IMG/VR virus record: IMGVR_UViG_2563366852_000004
Location: 1-37,397 of that record
Reading direction: 5' to 3' (one strand)
Source of the DNA: a virus
Taxonomy: Duplodnaviria; Heunggongvirae; Uroviricota; Caudoviricetes
DNA: 37,397 bases
The notes under the pieces are model-generated. The model saw nothing but the letters and a program-made list of their open reading frames with translations. It had not been told where the DNA came from and did no database searches. The position numbers and the translations under genes are program-made. This document shows, piece by piece, positions 10,731 through 20,615 of this stretch (position 1 is its first letter; each line of letters starts with the position of its first letter).

Positions 10731-11984
10731 TTACTGCCCGGCAATAACGATGCCCGTATATTCAGGAACCAGTACAGAGCAACCGTACAGAGTGGTGAAA
10801 CGCGCAGTGGTTACGCCTTTGATGTGGTCGAAGGCGTAAGACATGATCAGCGTAGCGCCCTGCTCGGTGGTTGCTGTCATTACCTGTGGACCCTGACCAG
10901 TCGGGAACGCTAGTTTGCCGTACATCAGCTCAACAGAACCATCAGCCCAGAACAGGTTGGCCGGTGCGGCATTTTTGTTGAGAATGGTGATTGCTGCACC
11001 ATTTGCCGCGTTAGCATCAACGTTTGCATATGGACGGCTGGCGACATCTGCGTTGTCAGGCGGCAGAATTTTCGGGGAGATAGTCACTGTCGTTCCGCTT
11101 ACTGCCAGAACGCGGAATACCTGCGGCTGCCCGGTGGTGTCTTTGGTGATCTGGTGTACAGAATTCACGCCAGCAATGGTGAACGCATCACCAACCTGCA
11201 ACCCAGATGCAGATACCGTAATAGTCCCCTGTCGGTTATCCACTGGCATATCGTTGGCATCTTTCGCTTCAACCTTGTGCGCAGGTTCAGCCGCCAGCGT
11301 CAGGGAAGTTGCTGTACCCTTCGGAACACGACCAGAAATATCGGTCTTGTAGCTATCGAAGGACGCAACCGGAGGGATCTGCGCTTTTTCGTATGCTGTC
11401 AGGGTTGCGCCCTGAGCGTAGGCACGGTGACCAAGCTCGCCAGCAAGGTCTTTGTAGTTGAAGGGGTTCCAGAAAGAGCGACGGTTGATACCCTGTGGTA
11501 CACCAATCGCCGTCATGGTGGCATCAATACCTGCCGCACAGTTCCACAAATCACGGCCCTGTGAACCAGTGGTTGAGTCAGCCATTGTGATCACGTTAGT
11601 AGCACGCTGCGTGACCATGGAAATCAGGTCAGAGTCAATCTGTGCAGCAAGGCGCATACCTGCGGCGCGACCAGCTTCAGTTTTATGTTCCGGGTCACGC
11701 ATTTCACGCGCATCCAGAGTGTACAGAATGTTTTTCGGCTCCTTGAACACAGAAGGAACAAGGCGCTGAACCAGTGCTGTTGGCGTTTTGCCGCTGAGAT
11801 CTAGGCCTTCCTCAATGTTCATGTGGTAATGCTGCGGACGATACAGAACATCACCTGCTCGCTGCATTGCTGTATCACCGGGACGGAATTTTTTAGCGTT
11901 ACGGGAAACTACGCAGGCGGCCTCAAAGCCTTCAACGTAGTTTTCGAACATGATTTCAAGGTCTTTTGCTAATTGGTTAGCCAT
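10731..11984 (-). CDS. Major coat protein (P22 gp5-like)
   Basis: 417 aa; C-terminal segment (RPYANVDANAANGAAITILNKNAAPANLFWADG) resembles P22 coat from memory; lies between scaffold and gp4-like genes. Confidence 0.8.
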   Translation of the reverse strand: MANQLAKDLEIMFENYVEGFEAACVVSRNAKKFRPGDTAMQRAGDVLYRPQHYHMNIEEGLDLSGKTPTALVQRLVPSVFKEPKNILYTLDAREMRDPEHKTEAGRAAGMRLAAQIDSDLISMVTQRATNVITMADSTTGSQGRDLWNCAAGIDATMTAIGVPQGINRRSFWNPFNYKDLAGELGHRAYAQGATLTAYEKAQIPPVASFDSYKTDISGRVPKGTATSLTLAAEPAHKVEAKDANDMPVDNRQGTITVSASGLQVGDAFTIAGVNSVHQITKDTTGQPQVFRVLAVSGTTVTISPKILPPDNADVASRPYANVDANAANGAAITILNKNAAPANLFWADGSVELMYGKLAFPTGQGPQVMTATTEQGATLIMSYAFDHIKGVTTARFTTLYGCSVLVPEYTGIVIAGQ

Positions 11985-12002
11985 GCTTAATGCTCCGATA
12001 GG

Positions 12003-12896
12003 TTATTTTTTTGCCTTTTTAGCGGCGAAATACGGCGTCCAGTCACCAGTTTCCAGCGCCTTGGCTTTCAATTTGTCGAGGTTGTTGATTACTGCGCCGT
12101 TGCTCCCCTTAACTGTCGGGGTTGTGGCTGCCGTGGTTTTTGCTTTTGGCATGATTCTGGCCTTAGATTCGATACGTTCCAGCAGACGACCAATTGCTAC
12201 GGGGTTGGTAGCTTCTGCCAGTTGCTTGCGCAGTTCAGCGTTGCGACCAAGCGCCAGAACAACGATTTCCGGCTTCTCTGACTCAAACAGGATCGCGTTT
12301 TGTGTCTCGATGGGGATTTCCTCGAGTACGGCCTGTTCTGCTTCCTGATAGCCAGGAACCTTGAGAGCCTTAACACGTTGCTGATATTTGGATAATCGCT
12401 CTTGATAAGCAGCCTGAAGCTCCTGCTCCTTCTGCTTGCGAGCCATCTCCTGTTGCTGGTACTTTCCGTTATCCTCTGCCCACTTAGCCATGCGTTGCTG
12501 ATAGATTTCTTCATCGAAACCGATGTCCTCATCATCCAGTTTTGGCATTCGCGGTGGTTGAGTGATTACCGGCTGCTGCTCGACGGGTTTCTGAGACTGA
12601 CGCATCAGCTCTTTCAGCTCGCGGTCTTTCTCTTTAATCGTCTTGCGCAGGTGTTTTACCAGTCCATGCTCTGCGCTATCTTCGCTGGTTGGCGAATCCA
12701 GCTTTTCATCACCAAAGTAGAATTCCTGTTCTGATTCGTCGTCATCAGTTTCAGTAGCTTCCTCTGCATCATTGCCGGAGGACTCACTGCCATCTTCTGT
12801 TTCGACTTCTTCAGCCAGTTCGACATCATCAGGAATCTTCTCTGATGTATCGGTTTCGATTTCAACTTCTGGTGTGTTTTCTGCCATCTGGTCCAT
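12003..12896 (-). CDS. Scaffolding protein (P22 gp8-like)
   Basis: 297 aa with a highly acidic N-terminus and a coiled-coil-like Q/E/K-rich body; between portal and coat. Confidence 0.75.
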   Translation of the reverse strand: MDQMAENTPEVEIETDTSEKIPDDVELAEEVETEDGSESSGNDAEEATETDDDESEQEFYFGDEKLDSPTSEDSAEHGLVKHLRKTIKEKDRELKELMRQSQKPVEQQPVITQPPRMPKLDDEDIGFDEEIYQQRMAKWAEDNGKYQQQEMARKQKEQELQAAYQERLSKYQQRVKALKVPGYQEAEQAVLEEIPIETQNAILFESEKPEIVVLALGRNAELRKQLAEATNPVAIGRLLERIESKARIMPKAKTTAATTPTVKGSNGAVINNLDKLKAKALETGDWTPYFAAKKAKK

Positions 12897-12986
12897 TTGT
12901 TCCCCCTGTTTACTCGATGTTCAGCCCATCGGAAGGCAATAGGGTGCCAGGCCTCATAAAGACAGCCATTGCACGTTATGGGTTAA

Positions 12987-15185
12987 TTACTGCTGTGGTT
13001 GTTGCTGAGTTAATTTTTGCAGGATGCTGCTGATGTCCATGCGCTGCGCATGGCCCTGTGCCTGACTTTTCAGGACAAGCTCTGCATCAGCACGGGCATT
13101 ATCTCCTTGCTGTTGCTGGAACTGTCCGAGCAGTTTCAGCGCCTCACGGATATCAGATTTTTGCTGGCTATCGGCAGATGCGAGGATTTTCACAACATTT
13201 GCCGCAGCAACCTGAGCATCCGTCTGTGCCTGGAATGCTTTAACCTGAATGGCTGCCTGTTCGTTCTGCGCTTTCTGCAATTCAGCCTGACCAGCAAGAA
13301 GCTGACCTTGCGCAGCAACCATAGCCGGATCTGGCTGACTGGCCTGTTGTTGTTTCGCCTGCTCAACCATCTGCTGCTCTTCTGGCGTTCTCGGCTTGAT
13401 AACTCCAGACAGAAGCAACTGATTGCGGTTGTATTCTTTAAGGTCGTCCATCCCTTCGCCATCCATATTGTCGAGAATCATCGACGATACAAGGTCGTGC
13501 TTCGGCGTTCCTGGTGGGATAAGTGCCAGCATGGAAAGTAACGACTTAACCGTTGCATCACGGCGAGTAGCGAACGACTGACCGACATCGACAGTCACTT
13601 CATAGTTACCCTGCGAAAGGTCGTTAAGCGCGATAACCTGCCCTGTCTGACGGTCAACCACTTCACCAGTCATCAGCGCCACGTCATCGCTGCCGTCCTC
13701 ATTAACGATGCGCATTGGCGTATCGCTGCCATAGACTTCACGCGCCATAGAAAGCCACACAACGCCAGCGCGACGCATGGATTTAGCCATGTTGTCCATG
13801 TAGATATAGGACTGCGTATCCATCCGGTTAAAGATGCTATCAACGGTATCGGTGGCGACGTTGCTCGGCATGTTCTCAAGCTGCGACGCACCTGTAATTT
13901 GCTGAATAGCCGTTCCGGTGTACTGCAATAGCCCGGCAAGAGCTGGCGGCATTTGTGTCGGAGGTGTATAACTGCTGACCTGAGCCTGCGCAGTAATATC
14001 TCCGTTTTTGTTTTTCAGACTGACCATCGGCAGGAACGCCGGGCGCTTTTTGTTGCGCTCCGCCCAATGAGTGGCAAGAGGACCAGGAATCATGTCAACA
14101 TCAACTACAGGAATGCCATCACCGCCAGCCTGAGTAGCGTTATCTGCAATCATGGAAACCATCAGGTTCTCAAGACGCTGCGCATCCATCGCTTTTGCTG
14201 CGTGGCCTTCGATTCGCTCCTGATTATCAACAAATGAGCGACGCCCATATACCGGGATGAGAGGAATATGTTCGCCCGGAATACGCTTCGGTTCTTCCAG
14301 CCATTCAGCGCCAGACAGAAGACCGCAATAAACGCGGCGCTTCTTCACCGTTCGCTCGCCAATCAGTTCGAATGCACCATCGGTCAGCTCGTCGACAATA
14401 TCTTTGATTTGCTCTTCATCATAGATTGCCGTTTCTCCGCTGACAGGGTTACGCCATGCTGTGAGCTTCACCTTCTCTATGCGGACTTCGTAGTAACGTC
14501 CAACATAGATGGCATCTGGCGTTGACCAGTCATATTGAGTGCCAGTGTCATCACGAGAAAGGCTTGCCGCGATGGAATCAGGGTATTCAGCCTCGAACGC
14601 TTTAGGCGTCATGGAGAACATTTCCATAGCCCACATAGCATCAGAGCGGTCATATTGCTTGCTGTCCTGATCGAAGAAGACGCATGTCGCTGGGTCGTAA
14701 ACAGGAAGAAGGCTGATGCGTCGCTGCTCGTTACTCGGATCCATTTCATCTTCGTAATCAGCACACATGCGGAAACAACCGAATCCGCCCGTTACAGCAT
14801 CATCAAATGCGTTATCACACGCTTCGCCACCGGATGTTTCCTGATAATCAGCGCGGAATTTGCCGTTCATCTTTTCGGCTAACGCTTCCGATGCCTTGTC
14901 ATCCTTCGGCCTGAATTTAACGCTGATGCGATTCTGCCGATACTCGCCAATGATGCGATCACATTCACGGGCAATCTTATTTAGTTCAAAGCGCGGATAA
15001 TGCTCAAACCTGCCTTCATCAAATGAGTAACCAGCGTTTGTGCTGCCTTCCCACTGTGCGCCGGATACCCGGACGAAACGTTGAGCCTCAATAATCTGCT
15101 CACGCATATCCTGCGTTGCTGACCAGGCATTATCAAAGTTGCACAGCACCTTGCGATGCCAGTCAGTCATCTTTTTTTCTGCCAT
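12987..15185 (-). CDS. Portal protein (P22 gp1-like)
   Basis: 732 aa; motifs GEHIPLIPVYG, PRTPEEQQMVEQAKQQQASQPDPAMVAAQGQLLAGQAELQKAQN and ARADAELVLKS...RMDISSILQ match the P22 portal from memory, including the long C-terminal helical barrel region. Confidence 0.9.
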   Translation of the reverse strand: MAEKKMTDWHRKVLCNFDNAWSATQDMREQIIEAQRFVRVSGAQWEGSTNAGYSFDEGRFEHYPRFELNKIARECDRIIGEYRQNRISVKFRPKDDKASEALAEKMNGKFRADYQETSGGEACDNAFDDAVTGGFGCFRMCADYEDEMDPSNEQRRISLLPVYDPATCVFFDQDSKQYDRSDAMWAMEMFSMTPKAFEAEYPDSIAASLSRDDTGTQYDWSTPDAIYVGRYYEVRIEKVKLTAWRNPVSGETAIYDEEQIKDIVDELTDGAFELIGERTVKKRRVYCGLLSGAEWLEEPKRIPGEHIPLIPVYGRRSFVDNQERIEGHAAKAMDAQRLENLMVSMIADNATQAGGDGIPVVDVDMIPGPLATHWAERNKKRPAFLPMVSLKNKNGDITAQAQVSSYTPPTQMPPALAGLLQYTGTAIQQITGASQLENMPSNVATDTVDSIFNRMDTQSYIYMDNMAKSMRRAGVVWLSMAREVYGSDTPMRIVNEDGSDDVALMTGEVVDRQTGQVIALNDLSQGNYEVTVDVGQSFATRRDATVKSLLSMLALIPPGTPKHDLVSSMILDNMDGEGMDDLKEYNRNQLLLSGVIKPRTPEEQQMVEQAKQQQASQPDPAMVAAQGQLLAGQAELQKAQNEQAAIQVKAFQAQTDAQVAAANVVKILASADSQQKSDIREALKLLGQFQQQQGDNARADAELVLKSQAQGHAQRMDISSILQKLTQQQPQQ

Positions 15186-15186
15186 A

Positions 15187-16602
15187 TCAACCTACACCAC
15201 AAGGAATTGAGTAACTGGAATAGTCGGGTTGCGCAGCCGACTCCGGGCAATGCATACACATCATCAGCGCATCAGCCAGGTTAGGAGATGGAATACCGAG
15301 CTTCTGCTTCATTTCGACCTTAGTCATAAGCTCCAGCTTCCCGTTGTTATTGAATTTGCGCTGAATCTGCGTCAGTTCTGCAAACAGCTTCTCCAGCATC
15401 TTCTCGCCTATCGCTTCTTTGTCGAAACTCAGCATGTCGTCGGGGTCTGCATACTCACCGTGGACAACCGCCCGATATGTCAGATACAGCCTGTCAGCCA
15501 GCGCGTAATAGAATTGCGCTCGCTTATTACGGAACACATCGCCAATAGTGCGAACGTTGTCGCCCTGCACGACTTCATCAGCCCATGCTCCGGCCTGATA
15601 TGGTGCATCTTCATCGAATGGCGATTCGCTGCCCTTGAACATCGTGGCGGTGATTTTCTTGCCGGAGAACGCTTCCGTTGTCTGTCTGCGTAGCCCGGCA
15701 CCAACACCATCACCATCCCACAGGTAATGGTCAGCGCCGTCTTCAATCGCCAGCGAAGTAGCCCAGTCAGCACCCTCGTTGATGTCCATCAGCAGACCTT
15801 CGGCAATGCGCTTAACTACCGAACCGTGACGCGATGCATAACCTTTAGCATCTGGTCCTGTATCTGACGGGTCATGCGCAGAGACAACAGCGCCTTTCGC
15901 TTTCCATCCGAGTTTCTTGTGCGCATCGGTAGCAGCTTCAAGCCATTCACGTTTGATGATTGCCATATCACTTGCGCTCACTGGCTCACCAAGCCAGATG
16001 TGACGATACAGTGTCGGGTTTCTGCGTTTACACTCTTCCATCTCCAGACGGAGAACTTCAGGAAAGTGCGGGTTGTCGGTGTAGTTCACCGTCAGCAGGC
16101 AAATATCATCGGGAGGATTTACAACGAATCGCTGATAGGTATCGTCGAGTATGTTCTTCGGGTTAAAGCTCACCCATATTTCAGAGAACGGCTTGCGGAT
16201 GGTTGGTATCAGGATATCCCATGATTCCTTCGTTACCGCTTCCGCTTCCTCCACCCAGCAGATATCAATGCCTTCGAGCGATTTAATCTTCGTCGGGTTG
16301 TTTTTGATGCCGTAGAACATGAACTCAGCATTCGTTCCGAGATGACGAATCATGGAACGCTGAATTTCAAACTCAGCCGTATACCCTTCACGCTCTATGG
16401 TGTCTTCAAGCAGCCGGATTACCGAATCGCTGATACTGTTTTGCAGTTCACGAGCGCAGAGAATACGCACTGGCTGCCGACGCGCCGCTTCAACAAGCAG
16501 CCTCGCAATTGCCCATGACTTACCGCTACCTCGACCGCCTTTGGCGACTTTGTAGCGATGCGCCTCAATGAACGGTTCAAAGATAGGATTAATCGAGGTC
16601 AT
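15187..16602 (-). CDS. Terminase large subunit
   Basis: 471 aa; Walker A-like KVAKGGRGSGKSWA near the N-terminus; directly upstream of the portal gene; 4-nt overlap with TerS. Confidence 0.9.
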   Translation of the reverse strand: MTSINPIFEPFIEAHRYKVAKGGRGSGKSWAIARLLVEAARRQPVRILCARELQNSISDSVIRLLEDTIEREGYTAEFEIQRSMIRHLGTNAEFMFYGIKNNPTKIKSLEGIDICWVEEAEAVTKESWDILIPTIRKPFSEIWVSFNPKNILDDTYQRFVVNPPDDICLLTVNYTDNPHFPEVLRLEMEECKRRNPTLYRHIWLGEPVSASDMAIIKREWLEAATDAHKKLGWKAKGAVVSAHDPSDTGPDAKGYASRHGSVVKRIAEGLLMDINEGADWATSLAIEDGADHYLWDGDGVGAGLRRQTTEAFSGKKITATMFKGSESPFDEDAPYQAGAWADEVVQGDNVRTIGDVFRNKRAQFYYALADRLYLTYRAVVHGEYADPDDMLSFDKEAIGEKMLEKLFAELTQIQRKFNNNGKLELMTKVEMKQKLGIPSPNLADALMMCMHCPESAAQPDYSSYSIPCGVG

Positions 16603-17021
16603 TTTCCGAATAGAGTGCTCATCGGTGATGTTTCAATCTGGATTGCGCCGCCGTCTTTGCCGACAAGCTCGTTAGTTACCTTGTCGCCATACTTACGGGG
16701 ATTCATTCGGGCCAGCGCCCATTTGCGGGTATCAACGCGAAGTCTTGCCTTTGCCACCTCAGCAGCATCTGGAATCGCAGTGTCAGCAATTTCGAATATC
16801 TCTTCGAAAATAGAATCAGCTCGTGCCTCAGTTGCCTTCGCGTACTTGTCGCGAAAATCCTCATGCTTTGCCAACCAGCGGAAAACAGTGGACTTATCCG
16901 GCATGCCAGGACGCTTACATACTTTCAGCAAACTTTCGCCAGAAGAAAGCAACGAGCAGATATCGTCAGCCACCTCCGGCATATAATCAGAGGGGCGACC
17001 AGCTTTTGGTTCAGTCGCCAT
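16599..17021 (-). CDS. Terminase small subunit
   Basis: 140 aa ORF immediately upstream of and overlapping TerL; resembles Sf6-type TerS from memory. Confidence 0.8.
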   Translation of the reverse strand: MATEPKAGRPSDYMPEVADDICSLLSSGESLLKVCKRPGMPDKSTVFRWLAKHEDFRDKYAKATEARADSIFEEIFEIADTAIPDAAEVAKARLRVDTRKWALARMNPRKYGDKVTNELVGKDGGAIQIETSPMSTLFGK

Positions 17022-17044
17022 ATTTATCTCACTTAATTGTCATT

Positions 17045-17224
17045 TCAGGTTGAGGACTCTTTCGCGCCTTCAATCAGTGACTGCTTCAGCAATTCGAGTG
17101 TGCCAATCGCCTCGCATAAACTGATTTCACCATCGTAATCATGGATGACGCTTTCCAGCCGCTTGTATAGCTCTTGAGTAATTGGGAATTTCTTCTCCTT
17201 ACCCAAATTGATTACGCGGCTCAC
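17045..17224 (-). CDS. Small hypothetical protein (GTG start, below ORF-track cutoff)
   Basis: Manual translation of the minus strand: GTG at 17222-17224 (GGAG about 6 nt upstream), about 59 aa (SRVINLGKEKKFPITQELYKRLESVIHDYDGEISLCEAIGTLELLKQSLIEGAKESST), stop at 17045-17047; start lies 2 nt after the upstream gene's stop. Confidence 0.3.
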   Translation of the reverse strand: MSRVINLGKEKKFPITQELYKRLESVIHDYDGEISLCEAIGTLELLKQSLIEGAKESST

Positions 17225-17225
17225 A

Positions 17226-17468
17226 TCATGCTCCGGTAGTGAACAGGTCTAACGCTTCCTTCGATTTACGCACCGCTTCGATAGTGCGAGATGTGAAGTC
17301 TGGATTTGCACCGCCATCGTTGTAGTGCAACTTGAACAATTCCAGTTTCAGTTGGTCAGCACCAATGAATGCAAAAGCTTCCTCTGCCGCTGAATTGTTC
17401 TTAGATAGCAGTCGGTAAATTTCTAACTTGAATTTCTGTTCTTCAGTCATGGGAATAATCTCTGCCAT
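17226..17468 (-). CDS. Hypothetical protein
   Basis: 80 aa ORF, same orientation as the late operon; no recognisable motif. Confidence 0.45.
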   Translation of the reverse strand: MAEIIPMTEEQKFKLEIYRLLSKNNSAAEEAFAFIGADQLKLELFKLHYNDGGANPDFTSRTIEAVRKSKEALDLFTTGA

Positions 17469-17571
17469 TGTTGGCTCCGTTTATCCGTTAAAAGGGATAT
17501 CAGTTAAGTTATCCCGTGTAGGGTATAAGCCATTATCAAAGCCACTCTGTAGGGAATGGCTTTTGTAATAA

Positions 17572-17928
17572 CTACTGTTCGCTTAGCTTCTGCTTCAGCA
17601 AGTAACCTTCAAGCATCCAGATTTTGTTTACAGCATTCTGCCGGGCAATCTTCCGACCAATTTCTGCATCAAAGTTTTCCGGGCTTGCACAGGCGCTCTC
17701 TCCGGTGACGGTGAAGCCATTCTTCAGCACCAGTACGCAGAAAGTAAGGAGGTCTGTAGATTTATGCGCTGTCCACGCATCGCCAACGCCCATATTGGCG
17801 GCACGAATACCGTCATAAGCAGTAAAGAAATGCTCTTCAAGAATGATGCTTTCGATATATTGGGGCGTAACGCGCGGTGCCGTTTTGCCTTTCTCAACGA
17901 TTTCTTTTTCGATTTGCTGGTCGTTCAT
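17572..17928 (-). CDS. Conserved phage protein of unknown function
   Basis: 118 aa ORF (MNDQQIEKEIVEKGKTAPRVTPQYIESIILEEHFFTAYDG...); no motif I can assign with confidence. Confidence 0.55.
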   Translation of the reverse strand: MNDQQIEKEIVEKGKTAPRVTPQYIESIILEEHFFTAYDGIRAANMGVGDAWTAHKSTDLLTFCVLVLKNGFTVTGESACASPENFDAEIGRKIARQNAVNKIWMLEGYLLKQKLSEQ

Positions 17929-18106
17929 AATTATGACCCTGTAGAGTGGTTGCTTGATTAGGATGTCTTTCCATCAGTCCGCCACCACAAAGAATCTTTT
18001 TTGCCATAAGGCTGGAGGTTCATCTTTCAGTGGCTGCCAGTGTTATTCCCCCACTTACTGGCTTGGGTTGTTTCGCTGTACTGCCGTTAATTGGTGAGTC
18101 CGGGGA

Positions 18107-18592
18107 TTATTTCAGTTCGTTACCAGGCATTTCTTTTAGCTCTTTCAAATGACAACGATTGAGACTAAACCACTCCCCGTGCGACCTATAGTTGTAATAT
18201 TTTTGGTGCAATTTGGTTTCAAGCTCTCTATCGGCCGGAATCTTTGCAATTAGATTTAGCTTCCCACCACTCATGCGAGATATCTCTGAAATTCGTTTAT
18301 TAACCCTGCGACTAAACCCTATTTTTGTTAGCCCACTATCTTCAGCATGCAGAACGTACACATATGATTTTTGCGAAGCACTGGGTGCGACTTTGTTGTA
18401 ATTAATCATGTCAAACATGAAGCCTTGCTTTAGCAAAGTTTCAAAAAAGATAGAATTAACACACCCATTCCTTCTCAGCTCTGCACTTAGCTTGTCAATT
18501 TCCTCTATGATGTCGCCAGATCCCTTTCCACTTATAAGAAAATCTTGGTACATGCGACCAATTCTTGAGGTAATTTCAACAAAGTTATTCAT
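18107..18592 (-). CDS. T5orf172 / GIY-YIG-like domain protein (moron)
   Basis: 161 aa; segment YVYVLHAEDSGLTKIGFSRRVNKRISEISRMSGGKLNLIAKIP...E..LH.KY...R.HGEWF fits the T5orf172 (GIY-YIG-like) pattern; AT-rich; preceded by about 340 bp without a convincing ORF. Confidence 0.55.
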   Translation of the reverse strand: MNNFVEITSRIGRMYQDFLISGKGSGDIIEEIDKLSAELRRNGCVNSIFFETLLKQGFMFDMINYNKVAPSASQKSYVYVLHAEDSGLTKIGFSRRVNKRISEISRMSGGKLNLIAKIPADRELETKLHQKYYNYRSHGEWFSLNRCHLKELKEMPGNELK

Positions 18593-18731
18593 AGCGTTTA
18601 CCTTTTAGAAAGATGAGCCTGTTCGCACAGAAAAGCCGTCCCCGAGATGGTCGCCACCATATACGGCAATTCTCAGGCTCAGCTTTCTGAAAGACTCGGG
18701 GTTTATATGCGCTGCGATGCGCGTTTACTGA

Positions 18732-18761
18732 GGACACAAAAAAGCCCCGCGAATGCGAGGC
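18732..18761 (-). terminator. Intrinsic terminator downstream of the lysis cassette
   Basis: Minus strand GCCTCGC-ATTC-GCGGGGC followed by TTTTTTGTGT (7-bp stem with one G-U pair). Confidence 0.5.
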
Positions 18762-18935
18762 TAAATCCTGGTGTTTGTGATGACTGGCTCTTATCTCAAC
18801 GCAGCCCCTTACCGCGCGCCAGATGCTCAATATCAAGCATCAGCAATGAGATGTTTAATCTGGATTCACTCCAGAAGTGATCACCACCCTGTCTACAGAG
18901 CCAGATGTGAAGGATGATGAGTAAAATTATCGCTA

Positions 18936-19403
18936 TCATCGAAGGCATTGCGTCCTGATGTATTCCTGAAGCGTTCTCAGTGCTGTTTGGTCGCGGATAA
19001 TTCCGTCCCGGATACCGAGAACGTTTCGTCCAGCAACTGGAGAGAGTTCGACGGTGGCATCATTGCCCATGCCGGAGGCGCTGGAGGTTTCGGCTGAGGA
19101 TGGCACAGGGCATTTTCCTTTGACGAACACCCGACCACCATTATCAAGCTTGCGCCGAAGAGCATCATTTTCAGCTTTCGCATCAGCTAACTCCTTCGTG
19201 TATTTAGCATCGAGTGCATCAGCAGAACGCTGGCGCTGCTGCATGTCAGTAATGGTGGCGGTCGCCTGCTTCAGCTCACTGACTTTTTTATCTCGCTGTT
19301 CTTTGTAGGCGATGGCGTTATCACGGTAATGATTAACAGCCCATGACAGGCAGACGATGATGCAGATAACCAGAGCGGAGATAATCGCGGTTACTCTGCT
19401 CAT
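18936..19403 (-). CDS. Rz: Spanin inner-membrane subunit Rz
   Basis: 155 aa; N-terminus [31 protein letters not shown] matches lambda Rz from memory; overlaps the endolysin stop. Confidence 0.85.
   Translation of the reverse strand: MSRVTAIISALVICIIVCLSWAVNHYRDNAIAYKEQRDKKVSELKQATATITDMQQRQRSADALDAKYTKELADAKAENDALRRKLDNGGRVFVKGKCPVPSSAETSSASGMGNDATVELSPVAGRNVLGIRDGIIRDQTALRTLQEYIRTQCLR
18977..19183 (-). CDS. Rz1: Spanin outer-membrane lipoprotein Rz1 (embedded in Rz, +1 frame)
   Basis: ORF wholly inside Rz in another frame; [19 protein letters not shown] carries a lipobox-like VVGC followed by a Pro-rich stretch, as in lambda Rz1. Exact start uncertain. Confidence 0.7.
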   Translation of the reverse strand: MRKLKMMLFGASLIMVVGCSSKENALCHPQPKPPAPPAWAMMPPSNSLQLLDETFSVSGTELSATKQH

Positions 19404-19876
19404 ACCTCAATCTCTCTGACCGTTCCGCCTGCTTCTTTGAATTTTACAATCAGGCTGTCAGCCTTATGCTCGAACTGACCATAACCAGCGCCCGGCAGTG
19501 AAGCCCAGATATTGCTGCAACGGTCGATAGCCTGACGAATATCACCGCGATCAATCATCGGTAAAGCGCCACGCTCTTTAATCTGCTGTAGTGCAACAGC
19601 GTCCTGGCTTTTCGGAGAGAAGTCTTTCAGCCCAAGCTGCTTACGGTATGCATCCCACCAACGGGAAAGAAGCTGGTAACGTCCTGCTGCTGTTGATTTG
19701 AGTTTTGGGTTTAGCGTGACAAGTTTGCGAGGGTGATCGGAGTAATCGGTAAATAGCTCTCCGCCTACAATGACGTCATAACCATGATTTCTGGTTTTCT
19801 GACGTCCGTTATCAGTTCCCTCTGACCACGCCAGCATATCGAGGAACGCCTTACGTTGATTATTGATTTCCACCAT
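19400..19876 (-). CDS. R: Endolysin (lambda R-type lytic transglycosylase)
   Basis: 158 aa; near-identical to lambda R from memory ([49 protein letters not shown]...). Confidence 0.9.
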   Translation of the reverse strand: MVEINNQRKAFLDMLAWSEGTDNGRQKTRNHGYDVIVGGELFTDYSDHPRKLVTLNPKLKSTAAGRYQLLSRWWDAYRKQLGLKDFSPKSQDAVALQQIKERGALPMIDRGDIRQAIDRCSNIWASLPGAGYGQFEHKADSLIVKFKEAGGTVREIEV

Positions 19877-20183
19877 CTTCTACTCCGGCTTTTTTAGCAG
19901 CGAAGCGTTTGATAAGCGAACCAATCGAGTCAGTACCGATGTAGCCGATGAACACGCTCGTTATATAAGCGAGATTGCTACTTAGTCCGGCGAAGTCGAG
20001 AAGGTCACGAATGAACCAGGCGATAATGGCGCACATCGTTGCGTCGATTACTGTTTTTGTAAACGCACCGCCATTATATCTGCCGCGAAGGTACGCCATT
20101 GCAAACGCAAGGATTGCCCCGATGCCTTGTTCCTTTGCCGCGAGAATGGCGGCTAACAGGTCATGTTTTTCTGGCATCTTCAT
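19860..20183 (-). CDS. S: Holin (lambda S-type, dual-start motif)
   Basis: 107 aa beginning [20 protein letters not shown]..., matching lambda S107/S105 with the Met1-Lys-Met3 dual start. Confidence 0.9.
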   Translation of the reverse strand: MKMPEKHDLLAAILAAKEQGIGAILAFAMAYLRGRYNGGAFTKTVIDATMCAIIAWFIRDLLDFAGLSSNLAYITSVFIGYIGTDSIGSLIKRFAAKKAGVEDGGNQ

Positions 20184-20302
20184 GTCTTACCCCCAATAAG
20201 GGGATTTGCTCTATTTAATTAGGAATAAGGTCGATTACTGATAGAACAAATCCAGGCTACTGTGTTTAGTAATCAGATTTGTTCGTGACCGATATGCACG
20301 GG

Positions 20303-20338
20303 CAAAACGGCAGGAGGTTGTTAGCGCAACCTCTTGCC
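20303..20338 (-). terminator. tR'-like intrinsic terminator upstream of the holin gene
   Basis: Minus strand GGCAAGAGGTTG-CGCTAA-CAACCTCCTGCC followed by GTTTTGCCC; matches the lambda tR' hairpin from memory with one stem change. Confidence 0.65.
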
Positions 20339-20477
20339 ACCCGCTTTCACGAAGCCAGCCATTGCGCTGGTTTTCTTTTATGCAAAGCACACCGCACCGT
20401 AGCCACAGCGGATAAGGTGATTATTTTTGTCTGTCTGGTATTTGGCTTGATGTGCTTTCAGAAAGGTCGTGATTAAA

Positions 20478-20510
20478 ACGCAAAAAGCCCGAGCTATTAA
20501 CTCAGGGCTT
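20478..20510 (-). terminator. Additional promoter-proximal hairpin terminator in the pR' leader
   Basis: Minus strand AAGCCCTGAG-TTAATAG-CTCGGGCTT followed by TTTGCGTTTT, about 30-60 nt downstream of the predicted pR' start. Confidence 0.45.
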
Positions 20511-20536
20511 TATTTAAAGAGTGCATTTATCCATCG

Positions 20537-20573
20537 TTAGGTCAAATTTACCCAACTTTATTCAAAAAGTCAA
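20537..20573 (-). promoter_or_regulatory. Late promoter pR' with overlapping qut region
   Basis: Minus strand TTGACTTTTTGAATAAAGTTGGGTAAATTTGACCTAACGATGG is nearly identical to the lambda pR' region as remembered (-35 TTGACT, -10 TAAATT), immediately downstream of Q. Confidence 0.65.
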
Positions 20574-20615
20574 TATTATGCCGTTAATATGTTGCCATCC
20601 GTGGCAATCATGCTG

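Noticed and set aside
13017-13541. 174 aa plus-strand ORF inside the portal gene
   Set aside because: It is antisense to a well-supported portal protein with clear P22 similarity; Leu/Arg-rich composition; no RBS.
18647-18880. 77 aa plus-strand ORF in the non-coding gap after Rz (the position of lambda bor)
   Set aside because: The translation does not resemble Bor (no signal peptide or lipobox), there is no convincing RBS, and the ORF spans the terminator hairpin.
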